From: Nanobdellota archaeon
GTDB taxonomy: Archaea > Nanobdellota > Nanobdellia > Pacearchaeales > GW2011-AR1
Length of the DNA: 64,000 nt
NCBI GenBank assembly: GCA_038045945.1
Contig: JBBSXC010000003.1
Span: forward strand, 128,001-192,000
Direction: 5' to 3'
Of the stretch, positions 48,286-57,802 are shown piece after piece; the first letter of the stretch is position 1; each line of letters opens with the position of its first letter. The translations under genes were made by a program, and so were the position numbers. Below the pieces are notes generated by a model. It searched no databases. It saw only the letters and a list, made by a program, of their open reading frames with translations, and had not been told where the DNA came from.

Positions 48286-48968
48286 TATCCAAATAATGCA
48301 CTCCTAGGCCCGTTTACTATTATCCAAGTAGTTAATGCTATAAGCACAAAAGTTACCATTATAGTACTAAAGTTGTCATCACTCTTAACAGTGTTCATCT
48401 CCCTCATCTCTTTATAAATCATGTAGTTTAAACCAAACATGATTATTGCTGAAACTATGAAAACTATCACTGATATAGCTTTTAAGTTATCATTAAGCAT
48501 CATCACAGCAGTCATAGGACCCATAAGTCCGCCCATGAATCCAGCCATTGTTCCTTCCATGACCCCCATTATTCCGCAGCATTTACCGTTATACACTCCC
48601 ATTGTTATGCCAACTATTAATCCGAAAACACTCCCAACAAACATTCCATTAGTTGCACCAATATAGAATCCTGATAAGAAACCAGCAATCATACCAATAG
48701 TCATACCAACCATCATACCAGCCATACAACCCATTTCACGATAAGCCCTAACTTGTTTAAGAGTAGGAATAATCAAAGCATAAGATAAAGCAGCAAAAAC
48801 TAAGAAGAACCCGTACTTAGGCATAAAGTCAGTTATTGTCTTAAACTTAAAAAAATAGAGCAAACCTAAAAAAACTATAGAAGTAATAACTGAATAAACC
48901 GCAGTCTTAACTATTTCTCCCTCAACCCTACTACCAAATAATTCTTTACTAAATTGTTTGAATGACAT
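48285..48968 (-). CDS. Met/Gly-rich multi-pass membrane protein (metal-associated)
   Basis: CMAGMMVGMTIGM, CCGIMGVMEGTMAGFMGGLMGPM. Confidence 0.75.
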   Translation of the reverse strand: MSFKQFSKELFGSRVEGEIVKTAVYSVITSIVFLGLLYFFKFKTITDFMPKYGFFLVFAALSYALIIPTLKQVRAYREMGCMAGMMVGMTIGMIAGFLSGFYIGATNGMFVGSVFGLIVGITMGVYNGKCCGIMGVMEGTMAGFMGGLMGPMTAVMMLNDNLKAISVIVFIVSAIIMFGLNYMIYKEMREMNTVKSDDNFSTIMVTFVLIALTTWIIVNGPRSALFG

Positions 48969-49025
48969 AAAATAATTATTATTCGGACCTATATAAGCCC
49001 TTTTATGAAACTAGTTTCATAAAAA

Positions 49026-49442
49026 CTATTTCTTATAAATCCTTAATAATTCTCTCCAAAAGAAGAATCCGATTATGGGAAAAGCTAAAGCACTTATTAA
49101 ACCAGGATAATAACCTCCAACAATAATTGCTTTGTAAAAGTGGTGTAATTCATAGACCATAATAATCCCAGGCACTATCATCATTCGTAACTGCCATTTT
49201 GGACTTTTAATCATAAAATAAGTAACAATCAAAGCAAGCCAAAACATTATCTGAAAAGTTAAGAAGATTGAAGCCATAGGTGTCATATTCTTAACAAAGC
49301 TAAAGACAAACAATACATGAGAATCTATGTTATAAAAGCCGGTTGCTAATTCTTCAATGCCATGTATAATCCATAAAATAATTCCAATTAAAAATAAGTT
49401 CTTCAGTTTCTTAGAAATAACAACATCCCTTGAAAATTTCAT
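49026..49442 (-). CDS. HXXEE-domain membrane protein
   Basis: HGIEE, ELHH, YYPGLISA. Confidence 0.8.
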   Translation of the reverse strand: MKFSRDVVISKKLKNLFLIGIILWIIHGIEELATGFYNIDSHVLFVFSFVKNMTPMASIFLTFQIMFWLALIVTYFMIKSPKWQLRMMIVPGIIMVYELHHFYKAIIVGGYYPGLISALAFPIIGFFFWRELLRIYKK

Positions 49443-49921
49443 TTCAACACCACTATATTATTCATTCCTCTTCTCTTCCGCTCTATGAATCCCCGGTTTT
49501 CTAAACGGTCAAGAATTCTAGACATACCAACTTTTGATATCCCAGTCTTATCAATGAGGTCTGCTTGGAAAACTGCCTTGTTCTCTTTTAGAATCTTAAG
49601 TATTTCTTTTTCTTGATTATCAAGATGTGATTCATCAAGTTTCTTAGTTATTATTTTTTCTTTGACTTTCCTTATAATAACTCGTTCTTTAGGTTTGTTA
49701 AAAACAAGAACAAAACCTATTATTACTAGTACCCCAACTATTGCCAAAGAAAGATAAGTCTGTTGCGTTATGGTTTCATAAGCTGGACAAAAACCATCCA
49801 AGTGTTCAACAGTGCATGTAGAATCAACAATGTCTTTCATGGCAGTGTTGAATAAGAAAATGATACCAATTATCAAAACAGAAATACCAATAATTAACCA
49901 ACCAACATTCTTATTCTCCAT
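49439..49921 (-). CDS. membrane-anchored winged-HTH (MarR-like) regulator
   Basis: two TMs flanking C...H...CP loop; FQADL...SKVGMSRILDRLE.RG.IER.RRGM.N. Confidence 0.85.
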   Translation of the reverse strand: MENKNVGWLIIGISVLIIGIIFLFNTAMKDIVDSTCTVEHLDGFCPAYETITQQTYLSLAIVGVLVIIGFVLVFNKPKERVIIRKVKEKIITKKLDESHLDNQEKEILKILKENKAVFQADLIDKTGISKVGMSRILDRLENRGFIERKRRGMNNIVVLK

Positions 49922-49998
49922 GATATAAACACACTAATAATCGTTTAAATAAGTTATGAAATACAAATATAAAAACAAAAAAAAGATTAAACTAATAC

Positions 49999-50304
49999 TC
50001 ACTTTCGTTTATTAGCGTTTTTTATTAGCCAATAAATCGCAGCTACTATTAAAGCGATTATAAGCAAGTATGTTATCCAACTTAGGAATATGAATCCTCC
50101 GCCGTAGTTGCCGTAACCCCACATAGCCTGCATCATTCCACCCATACCATAACCGTATCCGCCATTGGCATTATCTACTTGATAGAATTGCCCGTTACTT
50201 CCCATCATACCATAACGATAATTATCACTTTGAGCAGAAACTAAACTTACAGCTAATAAAAGAAGTATTCCAAAAACCATTAATAAATTATTATTTTTCA
50301 TCAT
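49999..50304 (-). CDS. Gly/Met/Tyr-rich small membrane protein
   Basis: signal peptide, YGMMG and GMGGMM motifs, C-terminal TM. Confidence 0.7.
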   Translation of the reverse strand: MMKNNNLLMVFGILLLLAVSLVSAQSDNYRYGMMGSNGQFYQVDNANGGYGYGMGGMMQAMWGYGNYGGGFIFLSWITYLLIIALIVAAIYWLIKNANKRK

Positions 50305-52319
50305 ATCCTCTTCCTCCTCAACAGGTTAGCATTAGTAACAACTGTTATTGATGAAGCAGCCATAGCAATTTCAGCAATGATAGGGTGAAGAAGACCACTA
50401 ACAGCTAAAGGAATAGCAACAACATTATAAGCAAAAGCCCAGAAAAGGTTTTGCTTAATCTTCTTGAAAGTAGCCTTGCTAAGATTAATAGCATGAACAA
50501 CGCCCATTAGTGAACCTTTAGTAAGGACTAAGTCCCCAGCTTCAATAGCGATATCAGTTCCAGTACCCATGGCGATGCTAACATTCGCTTGTTTTAGTGC
50601 AGGAGCATCATTAATACCATCACCAACAAAAGCAACCATCCCCTTTCTCTGCAATTCTTCAATCTTCCTAGCTTTCTCTTCAGGTAACACGTTAGCTAAA
50701 ACACCTCTAATACCAACCTGTCTAGCAATGGCCTTAGCAGTCTTTTCGTTATCACCAGTAATCATGAAAGTAATGTAACCAGACCTATTAAGAATAGAAA
50801 TAGCTTGAACAGAATCTTCCTTAATAGCATCAGCAACAGCAATAACACCAATAGGTTTAGAATTTTCCACAATAATCATAGTAGTTTTACCCTCACTTTC
50901 AAAAGCGTCAATGTTTTTAGCAATAATACTTACATTGATTTTTTCTTCATTCATGAGCGTTTGGTTACCAATAAGAATTTTTTTCTTACCAATACTTCCC
51001 TGCACTCCTCTACCACGCAATATCTTGAAAGATTTTACTTCTTTGAAGTTTTTAATTCCAGCAGCACTTGCTTTATCAACAATTGCCCTAGCAATTGGGT
51101 GCTCACTTAATTTTTCCAAACTAGCAGCGATCTCAAGCAAGTATTTTTCACCAACAAGAGAATGAATATCAGTAACTTGCGGTTTGCCTTTAGTTATAGT
51201 TCCAGTTTTGTCAAAAGCAACAATCTTAACTTCTTTCATGGTTTGAATAGCCTCACCTTTTCTAATCAAAATACCGTTTTTGGCACCAATACCAGAACCA
51301 ACAGTAAGAGCAATAGGAACAGCCAAACCAAGAGCGCAAGGACAAGCAATAACAAGGACAGCAATGGACGCTGCTAAAGAACGAGTGAGGTCCCCACTAA
51401 AGACCATCCACCCAGCGAAAGTTAGAACAGTAAGAACTAAAATTGATGGAACAAAAATACTGGTTATTTTATCAGCAAGCTTCTGGATAGGAACTTTAGT
51501 TCCACTAGCCTCTTCAACAAGCTTTATTATATGAGCAAGGAAAGTATCAGAACCAACTTTTGTTACTCTAACATAGAGTATTCCATCTTGATTAATAGTT
51601 GCTCCAATAACAGGACTTTTAACAGTTTTATCATTAGGCATACTTTCACCAGTAACCATTGATTCGTCCACTGCACTAGCACCCTTTATGACAACTCCAT
51701 CAGTAGGAATTTTTTCACCAGGCTTAACGACCAAAATGTCACCAACAACCACTTCACTAATATCAATCTCAATCTCCACTTCTTTCTTTCCCTCTTTTCT
51801 TAAAACTCTAGCCTTCTTAGCACCAAGCTCTAAAAGTTTCATTATTTCTCTAGTAGCTCTACCTCTAGCTTTAGCTTCAATATATTTTCCAGTTATGAAT
51901 AATGACATAATCATAGCTGCAACACCAGAATAATCGGCAACAATGCCGAAAAGCGCCCCAAAACCAGTAAGATAAGCGACAACAGTACCAAGAGCGATAA
52001 GAGAATCCATATTAAAATAAAAAGTGAATAATCCCCTAAATCCACCCTTAATAGTACTCCAACCAAAAAAGAATATTACAGGGAAAGCAATAACCAAAGT
52101 GAAAATGATCATTAATTTTTCGTTACTCATCAAAACTTCAAGCTCAAAAATTCTTTGCAAAAACATCAAGATAGCAATAGGTATAGTGAAGAGCCATGCA
52201 CCAAGAATCTTCTTTTTCCAAAGAGCGATTTCCTCATCCTCAACAGGTTTAGAATTATCGTTATGATTCATGCTGGACATTTGACTGCTCTCTATATTAG
52301 AAATTTCATGATTTTCCAT
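50301..52319 (-). CDS. copA: copper-translocating P1B-type ATPase
   Basis: TGES, ACPCALG, DKTGT, SEHP, GDGINDAPAL, YN..AIP, MAASS. Confidence 0.93.
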   Translation of the reverse strand: MENHEISNIESSQMSSMNHNDNSKPVEDEEIALWKKKILGAWLFTIPIAILMFLQRIFELEVLMSNEKLMIIFTLVIAFPVIFFFGWSTIKGGFRGLFTFYFNMDSLIALGTVVAYLTGFGALFGIVADYSGVAAMIMSLFITGKYIEAKARGRATREIMKLLELGAKKARVLRKEGKKEVEIEIDISEVVVGDILVVKPGEKIPTDGVVIKGASAVDESMVTGESMPNDKTVKSPVIGATINQDGILYVRVTKVGSDTFLAHIIKLVEEASGTKVPIQKLADKITSIFVPSILVLTVLTFAGWMVFSGDLTRSLAASIAVLVIACPCALGLAVPIALTVGSGIGAKNGILIRKGEAIQTMKEVKIVAFDKTGTITKGKPQVTDIHSLVGEKYLLEIAASLEKLSEHPIARAIVDKASAAGIKNFKEVKSFKILRGRGVQGSIGKKKILIGNQTLMNEEKINVSIIAKNIDAFESEGKTTMIIVENSKPIGVIAVADAIKEDSVQAISILNRSGYITFMITGDNEKTAKAIARQVGIRGVLANVLPEEKARKIEELQRKGMVAFVGDGINDAPALKQANVSIAMGTGTDIAIEAGDLVLTKGSLMGVVHAINLSKATFKKIKQNLFWAFAYNVVAIPLAVSGLLHPIIAEIAMAASSITVVTNANLLRRKRI

Positions 52320-52325
52320 TTTTTA

Positions 52326-52544
52326 TTATTGAATTTTAATATCAGTAGCGGAATAACCTGTCCTTTTTACAGCATCTGCAAGCTGTGCCGCACTGACTGA
52401 ATCATCCATCTCTACTGTTGCTTTCTTAAATAACAAGCTGACCGTCGCACCCTTTATGCCGCCAACTTTCTTTAAGCTCTTCTCAATATTTGATGAGCAT
52501 GAAGCACAGTGCATTCCACTAATCATTATAGTTGCTTTCTTCAT
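52326..52544 (-). CDS. copZ: heavy-metal-associated (CopZ-like) chaperone
   Basis: GMHCASC HMA motif, 72 aa. Confidence 0.9.
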   Translation of the reverse strand: MKKATIMISGMHCASCSSNIEKSLKKVGGIKGATVSLLFKKATVEMDDSVSAAQLADAVKRTGYSATDIKIQ

Positions 52545-52903
52545 TTTTTCACACCTCCGTTTAATATGTGTATGCAGTACTGGGACATGTGCTTATCAAT
52601 CAAAGACATTAAAGGCTTAATCGTCTCACCATTAAGAGAGTACTCTCTAAATTTACCATTAACATCTACTTTAACAAAACCACACTTCTTAAGGCGAGAC
52701 AGATCATGACTAACAGCAGTCTGATCCATCTTTAATTCTCCAATAATTTGAGAAACATTTTTCTTACCATCACGTAAAAGATTAATTATTTTTAAACGAG
52801 AATCAGAAACAAGAGTGCCAAAGAATATTTTGTAAGCATCAAAAACTTCGTCACTGTCAAAACCCTCTTTATGACAGGAATGTAGTATGTTCTTATTTAT
52901 CAT
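52541..52903 (-). CDS. ArsR/SmtB-family metal-responsive repressor
   Basis: SRLKIINLL, QTAVSHDLSRL, REYSL; His/Cys at termini. Confidence 0.9.
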   Translation of the reverse strand: MINKNILHSCHKEGFDSDEVFDAYKIFFGTLVSDSRLKIINLLRDGKKNVSQIIGELKMDQTAVSHDLSRLKKCGFVKVDVNGKFREYSLNGETIKPLMSLIDKHMSQYCIHILNGGVKK

Positions 52904-52929
52904 ATGAGTATAACAAACATATGAGTATA
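52901..52929. promoter_or_regulatory. putative ArsR operator overlapping TATA box and start codon
   Basis: CATATGAGTATA twice (52901-52912, 52918-52929). Confidence 0.65.
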
Positions 52930-52954
52930 TAAATGTTTGGGGGAAGACTAATAA

Positions 52955-53791
52955 CTAATTTTTATTCTCTCCGTTCCCATTATGACATATGCATCCTGCT
53001 TCATAATGTAACCTCTTAACTTTTGCTGCATCTATGCCAGTCTTAATTACTATTTCCTCAACACTTAATTTTAGTAAGTCCCCAGCTAACATTAACCCGG
53101 CGTTTCCTAACTTATCAATTATCGCCCCCCTAGCTGATTGGAGTATTGTTACAGGATAAAGCTTTTTTTCTTCTATTAATGACTGGATGCTATTAGTGAG
53201 AGGATAATTCCAAGAAGTAATCCTCATACCCACACCTTCACCATAAGCAATAGCATCTGAGGAAAACTTAGTGTTGGAAACAAGCCAAGGACCATCAAAA
53301 AACTTTTTTAGATCCAAAAACCTAGCATAAGTATAAAGTGTTGCTTTAACATCAGTGTATATCCCAGGCTGATTATGATACTTACACTCAATCATGAAAC
53401 GCTTATTAGTCTTAGGCTCCTTAGCTGCAACATCAACCTCATGATTAACATTTTTTCCGGGCATTATCTGATTAATCTTAGTTTCATAACCATAATTTCT
53501 CAGCACTTCTGCGAAGAACTTTTCGAAAGCAAAACCAGCAGGACCTAAGGTCATAACTGCTTGTTTAAGATTATACCTCATAGCTATTTCTGGCCTATCA
53601 CCAAGCTTCTTTAAAGCTACTTTTAGTATCTCTTTTGTTGTTGAACCATCATATAACTCTCCTTCTATCTGTTTTACTATTCCCCTTGCATGTTCAGTAT
53701 CACTCCCAGCTCTTATTAAAGAATTAATTATCTTGTTACGATTATACTTAACCCTTTCACCATTAGCTTTTATAACCCAATAAATAGACAT
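52955..53791 (-). CDS. ATP-cone + Mrr-like restriction endonuclease domain protein
   Basis: VIKANGERVKYNRNKI ATP-cone; GFAFEKF, HEVDV, IECKYH PD-(D/E)xK. Confidence 0.88.
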   Translation of the reverse strand: MSIYWVIKANGERVKYNRNKIINSLIRAGSDTEHARGIVKQIEGELYDGSTTKEILKVALKKLGDRPEIAMRYNLKQAVMTLGPAGFAFEKFFAEVLRNYGYETKINQIMPGKNVNHEVDVAAKEPKTNKRFMIECKYHNQPGIYTDVKATLYTYARFLDLKKFFDGPWLVSNTKFSSDAIAYGEGVGMRITSWNYPLTNSIQSLIEEKKLYPVTILQSARGAIIDKLGNAGLMLAGDLLKLSVEEIVIKTGIDAAKVKRLHYEAGCICHNGNGENKN

Positions 53792-53862
53792 ATTTTTATC
53801 ACCAGATTTATAAAATTGGTATATGATTATTAGTTTATATAACTAATGATTAGAACTTTAAC

Positions 53863-53907
53863 ACATAAAAATTTCTAAAAGAAATTTTGTGGCTCAAAAA
53901 TTCAAAC
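53863..53907 (+). repeat. dispersed hairpin repeat, copy 3
   Basis: ACATAAAAATTTCT-AAA-AGAAATTTTGTGGCTCAAAAATTCAAAC. Confidence 0.7.
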
Positions 53908-53909
53908 CA

Positions 53910-55106
53910 TCAAAATTTTTGGACTTCTGCTTCTTTTACTGCTTCTTGCACTAATTCTTCTTTCTTATCAATTCTTTCTTCAGCAAGCATTATTTCACTT
54001 AAACTTGCATGAGTTTGAGGACTTTTAGCAATCATGAAAGAACAACAATCATTCCCTGGAATTATTGAAGTATCAAAAGTACCTAATTTCTTAGCCATAG
54101 TAACAGTTTCTTCTTTATTAGTGCCTATTAGTGGAGAAAGAACAGGCAAGACCGAAGCATCATTAATACAAATAAGATTATCAAGAGTTTGAGAAGCAAC
54201 CTGAGCAACAGAGTCACCAGTAACAACTGCCTTAGCATGCTCCTTAGCAGCAACCAAATTAAGAATCTTCATCATGAAACGACGATAAACAATCATCCTA
54301 AGCTTAGGATCAACAGACATAATAATATGCTTCTGAATCTTATCAAAAGGAACAATGTACAAATAAGTATTAACACCAGGCTGATAAGAAGAAATAATTT
54401 TAGATAAAGAAATAATTTTATCCTTAACAACAGCTCCCTGAACACTATTATTATGAATGTGCACTAGAATAGCTCTACAACCACGCCTCATTATCATACA
54501 TGTTGCAACTGGTGAATCAATACCACCAGATAAAGAAACAACAACTCTACCGCTAGGACCTGTAGGCAAACCACCAACACCCAAAAACTTATCAACATAA
54601 ATATAAGAATCTTTTTCTGAAATCTCAACATAGACTGTTATTTGCGGATTCTTCAAATTAACACTTACAGGACCCTTAATGTTTGAGTCACCATTATAAT
54701 GATCTAGAATTTTCTCACCTAACAACCTGTCAATATCATCAGATTTAAGAGGAAACTTCTTATTAGTCCTTTTGGAAGAAACCTTAAAAGTAATAAACTT
54801 TTTTGTGTCAAGTATCATTAAAGACTTCTTAATAATCTTATCAATGTCCAACTCCTCTTTGTAACAAGGAGAAAAGTTTACTATACCAGGAGTTTTTGAC
54901 AAAGTACTCATTATTGCTTCTATACCAGCACCTTTTTTTAAGTCAACAATTATTTTACCATAAAGCTTCCTCAAAGTCCCCTCAGATTTAGGCAAAGACT
55001 TCTTAATATTCATAACTAGCGCATCCTCAAAGTCTTTACGGTTTCCCGCCTTAAGAGCTATCTCCGAGTAATGAACAACGATAGAGTCCGGTATAATTAT
55101 AGTCAT
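53910..55106 (-). CDS. thiI: tRNA 4-thiouridine synthase (no rhodanese domain)
   Basis: YSEIALK..NR, THUMP, SLSGGIDSPV PP-loop, TGDSVAQVASQTL.N, DCC. Confidence 0.94.
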   Translation of the reverse strand: MTIIIPDSIVVHYSEIALKAGNRKDFEDALVMNIKKSLPKSEGTLRKLYGKIIVDLKKGAGIEAIMSTLSKTPGIVNFSPCYKEELDIDKIIKKSLMILDTKKFITFKVSSKRTNKKFPLKSDDIDRLLGEKILDHYNGDSNIKGPVSVNLKNPQITVYVEISEKDSYIYVDKFLGVGGLPTGPSGRVVVSLSGGIDSPVATCMIMRRGCRAILVHIHNNSVQGAVVKDKIISLSKIISSYQPGVNTYLYIVPFDKIQKHIIMSVDPKLRMIVYRRFMMKILNLVAAKEHAKAVVTGDSVAQVASQTLDNLICINDASVLPVLSPLIGTNKEETVTMAKKLGTFDTSIIPGNDCCSFMIAKSPQTHASLSEIMLAEERIDKKEELVQEAVKEAEVQKF

Positions 55107-55158
55107 AAAAATAGAAGAAAATAAGGTTATTTAAAGGTACATACTTATTATTTAGAAA

Positions 55159-56400
55159 ATGAGAACTCGCAGTAACATCATCCACTGGGTCTTGTACGAC
55201 TTTGCTAATTCCCTAGTATCAATAGTGTTCTTCCTTTATTTTTCTCAATGGGCAGTCATTGACAGAGGAATAAGCGACCTAAACTTCAACTTAACATTCA
55301 CAATATCAGCACTACTATTACTAATAAGCGTTCCTTCAACAGGAATACTACTTGACAAACATTGGAGAAGAATAACAGGTCTAAGAATAACAACGACTTT
55401 CGCAGCAATATTTTACGGAACTTGCGCAATCATGGCAATAAACAACAATAATACTGGAGCAATAATATTCTTCACATTAGGACTATACTCATACTTATTA
55501 TCATTCACATTTTACACACCACTAATAAACGATATATCAACAAAAGAAAACATTGGAAAAATATCAGGATGGGGTATCTTCGCTAATTACCTAGGACAAA
55601 TAGCAGGACTACTATTAGTACTACCAATATCAAAAGGAACAATAAGCCTCTTTGGAGGATCAGCAAGAGCAGAAACACTCCTGCCAGCAGTAATAGCATT
55701 CTTCATACTATCCCTACCAATGCTAATATTCTTCAAAGAACCTAAAAAAAATAAACCGACAAACAAAGAAGGATTCTTAGAACACATGAAAAACACAATA
55801 TTTGAAACTAAAAAACTCTTAGCAATTAAGAGTGTTGGGTTATTCTTACTTGCCTACTTTTTGTTTAATGACGCAATACTAACAGCAGTGAATAATTTCG
55901 GAATATTCTTAGAACAAGTATGGCACGTATCTGACACGACTAAAACCTTCATGCTACTAGGAATAATGATAACATCAGCAATTGGAGCATTAATATCTGG
56001 CAGAATTGCCGACAAGTACGGACACAAAAAAACACTTATGTATGTACTAATAATTTGGGCAGTAGTATTCCCATTCATCGGACTTATTCAAAGCTTTAAC
56101 TGGTTCATAGTCGCATGCGTCATTATGGGCTTAGCTTTCGGCGCTAACTGGACAGTTAGCAGATCAGTAATGTCTTACATATCACGCGATGGAAAACACA
56201 ACTTAGCATTCGGATACTTCGGACTAGCAGAAAGAGCAAGCTCACTACTAGGACCAATAGTATGGGGCCTGGTAGTTGGAGGACTAATAAACTTAGGCGG
56301 AACAAGATACAGAATAGCAATATCAGCACTAACAATATTCATAATACTAGGACTAATAGCACTAAGAAAAGTAAGAAGCGATAAAGAAAAACTATTTTAA
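55159..56400 (+). CDS. MFS transporter (ATG22/BtlA-like)
   Basis: WVLYDFANS, about 12 TMs, GRIADKYGHKK. Confidence 0.88.
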   Translation: MRTRSNIIHWVLYDFANSLVSIVFFLYFSQWAVIDRGISDLNFNLTFTISALLLLISVPSTGILLDKHWRRITGLRITTTFAAIFYGTCAIMAINNNNTGAIIFFTLGLYSYLLSFTFYTPLINDISTKENIGKISGWGIFANYLGQIAGLLLVLPISKGTISLFGGSARAETLLPAVIAFFILSLPMLIFFKEPKKNKPTNKEGFLEHMKNTIFETKKLLAIKSVGLFLLAYFLFNDAILTAVNNFGIFLEQVWHVSDTTKTFMLLGIMITSAIGALISGRIADKYGHKKTLMYVLIIWAVVFPFIGLIQSFNWFIVACVIMGLAFGANWTVSRSVMSYISRDGKHNLAFGYFGLAERASSLLGPIVWGLVVGGLINLGGTRYRIAISALTIFIILGLIALRKVRSDKEKLF

Positions 56401-57039
56401 AACTTTTCCTGTTTCTAAATACCATAGGCATAAGTCTAACTCTGAAAGACTCATATTTAGCTTACTGGCAAGTTCTCGTAAAACTTTTTCAACAAGCAAA
56501 TAACGATTCTTATTAAGGCCTTTTTTTCTAACAATACCACTACCCTCTAACATTTTATGCTCATTAAGGATGTCAATAATGTGAAAATCAACAATAGCGT
56601 AATCACGAAAACCAATATTCCTCAAAAAGTGTGATGACTCCTTAAGACCAAGGCCTTTAACGTTATCAACAAACCAATCCCTCAACTCAAGACCTGACTT
56701 TTCATTAATTATCCTCTTAATATGAGGTAAGTGTTTCCTAGCAAGAACAATCCTTTCAGCCCTCTGAGGCCAAAACCTATGACCCATAAACTTAAGTTTT
56801 TTAGCAAGTTCATCCTCACTCATAGTAAGAAATCCTTCACCCAGCTCTTTTTGAATAATCAAGGACTTTTCAGCCTGAAAATTAGCGGTCATCAAACAAA
56901 AAGCAAGCTCTAAGAACAAGTCCTCATTAGAAGCCTTGTCAGAAAGAAAATAATCAAATTCTTTAAGACGACCATCAATAACTTTCCTAATAGGAGTATT
57001 ATCTAGAGATTTAACCTTATCAATAATCATTTGCATCAA
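56392..57039 (-). CDS. ogg: 8-oxoguanine N-glycosylase/DNA lyase
   Basis: ELAFCLMTAN, GHRF, VKGLGLKESSHFLRNIG, AIVDFH, ETGKVLK. Confidence 0.93.
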   Translation of the reverse strand: MMQMIIDKVKSLDNTPIRKVIDGRLKEFDYFLSDKASNEDLFLELAFCLMTANFQAEKSLIIQKELGEGFLTMSEDELAKKLKFMGHRFWPQRAERIVLARKHLPHIKRIINEKSGLELRDWFVDNVKGLGLKESSHFLRNIGFRDYAIVDFHIIDILNEHKMLEGSGIVRKKGLNKNRYLLVEKVLRELASKLNMSLSELDLCLWYLETGKVLK

Positions 57040-57087
57040 TAATAATTATGAGTAATAACTTAAAAAGTTAATTATTAAGAAAAAAAT

Positions 57088-57771
57088 TTATTGCGAAGAA
57101 CCATCATAACTTTGCGTGTCAAACATACCTAAACTTTCACCCTCACCATAACCCATAACCATTTGTGAACCAGAACCTTTAGGGCTAATACCTAAACCAA
57201 TGAATGGGCTTTTACCACCGCTACTTTCTGATTCTTTATTAAAAAGAAGAGTATAATTCTGAGTTTGAATTCCCATAGAAGCAAAATATTCAGGGGTTAA
57301 ATCACCAAGTTGACCTATAGTCCAACCTTTATCTAAAGCAGCAAGTTTATACCAGTCATAAACAGTTTTTGCAGAATCATCAGAAACAGACTCAATAATT
57401 ATGAATCCAGCAGCCGTGAAAAAAGAGTTCTTTAGAGAATCATAATTTTCAAAAGTCCTAATATCAGTAACACAAAGTATTTTTTGGTTAGGATAAAGAG
57501 GTATGTCAGAACGAAAATCGCTAGGCAAGTTTGTGCCAAAAGGACAGTCAGAGTCAACCTTTAAGGGTAAATTATTGATAGGATTAACACCAGGGTTTGA
57601 ACTATTAAGATTATTCCAATAAAAGAATCCCCCAGCAGCAATTAACAAAATAACCGTTCCAATAATAACAAAGACAATTTTTTTACTACCGCCAACTGTT
57701 GGAGCAGAAGGATAAGAACCATCTTGGTTCATAGAATTGTTAACTTCTTGGTTGTTATAATCATCACCCAT
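57088..57771 (-). CDS. single-TM anchored surface protein
   Basis: N-terminal TM; LPSDFRSDIPLYP motif. Confidence 0.65.
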   Translation of the reverse strand: MGDDYNNQEVNNSMNQDGSYPSAPTVGGSKKIVFVIIGTVILLIAAGGFFYWNNLNSSNPGVNPINNLPLKVDSDCPFGTNLPSDFRSDIPLYPNQKILCVTDIRTFENYDSLKNSFFTAAGFIIIESVSDDSAKTVYDWYKLAALDKGWTIGQLGDLTPEYFASMGIQTQNYTLLFNKESESSGGKSPFIGLGISPKGSGSQMVMGYGEGESLGMFDTQSYDGSSQ

Positions 57772-57802
57772 GAGTTTTATTAATGATAAGAGTATTTAAT
57801 TC

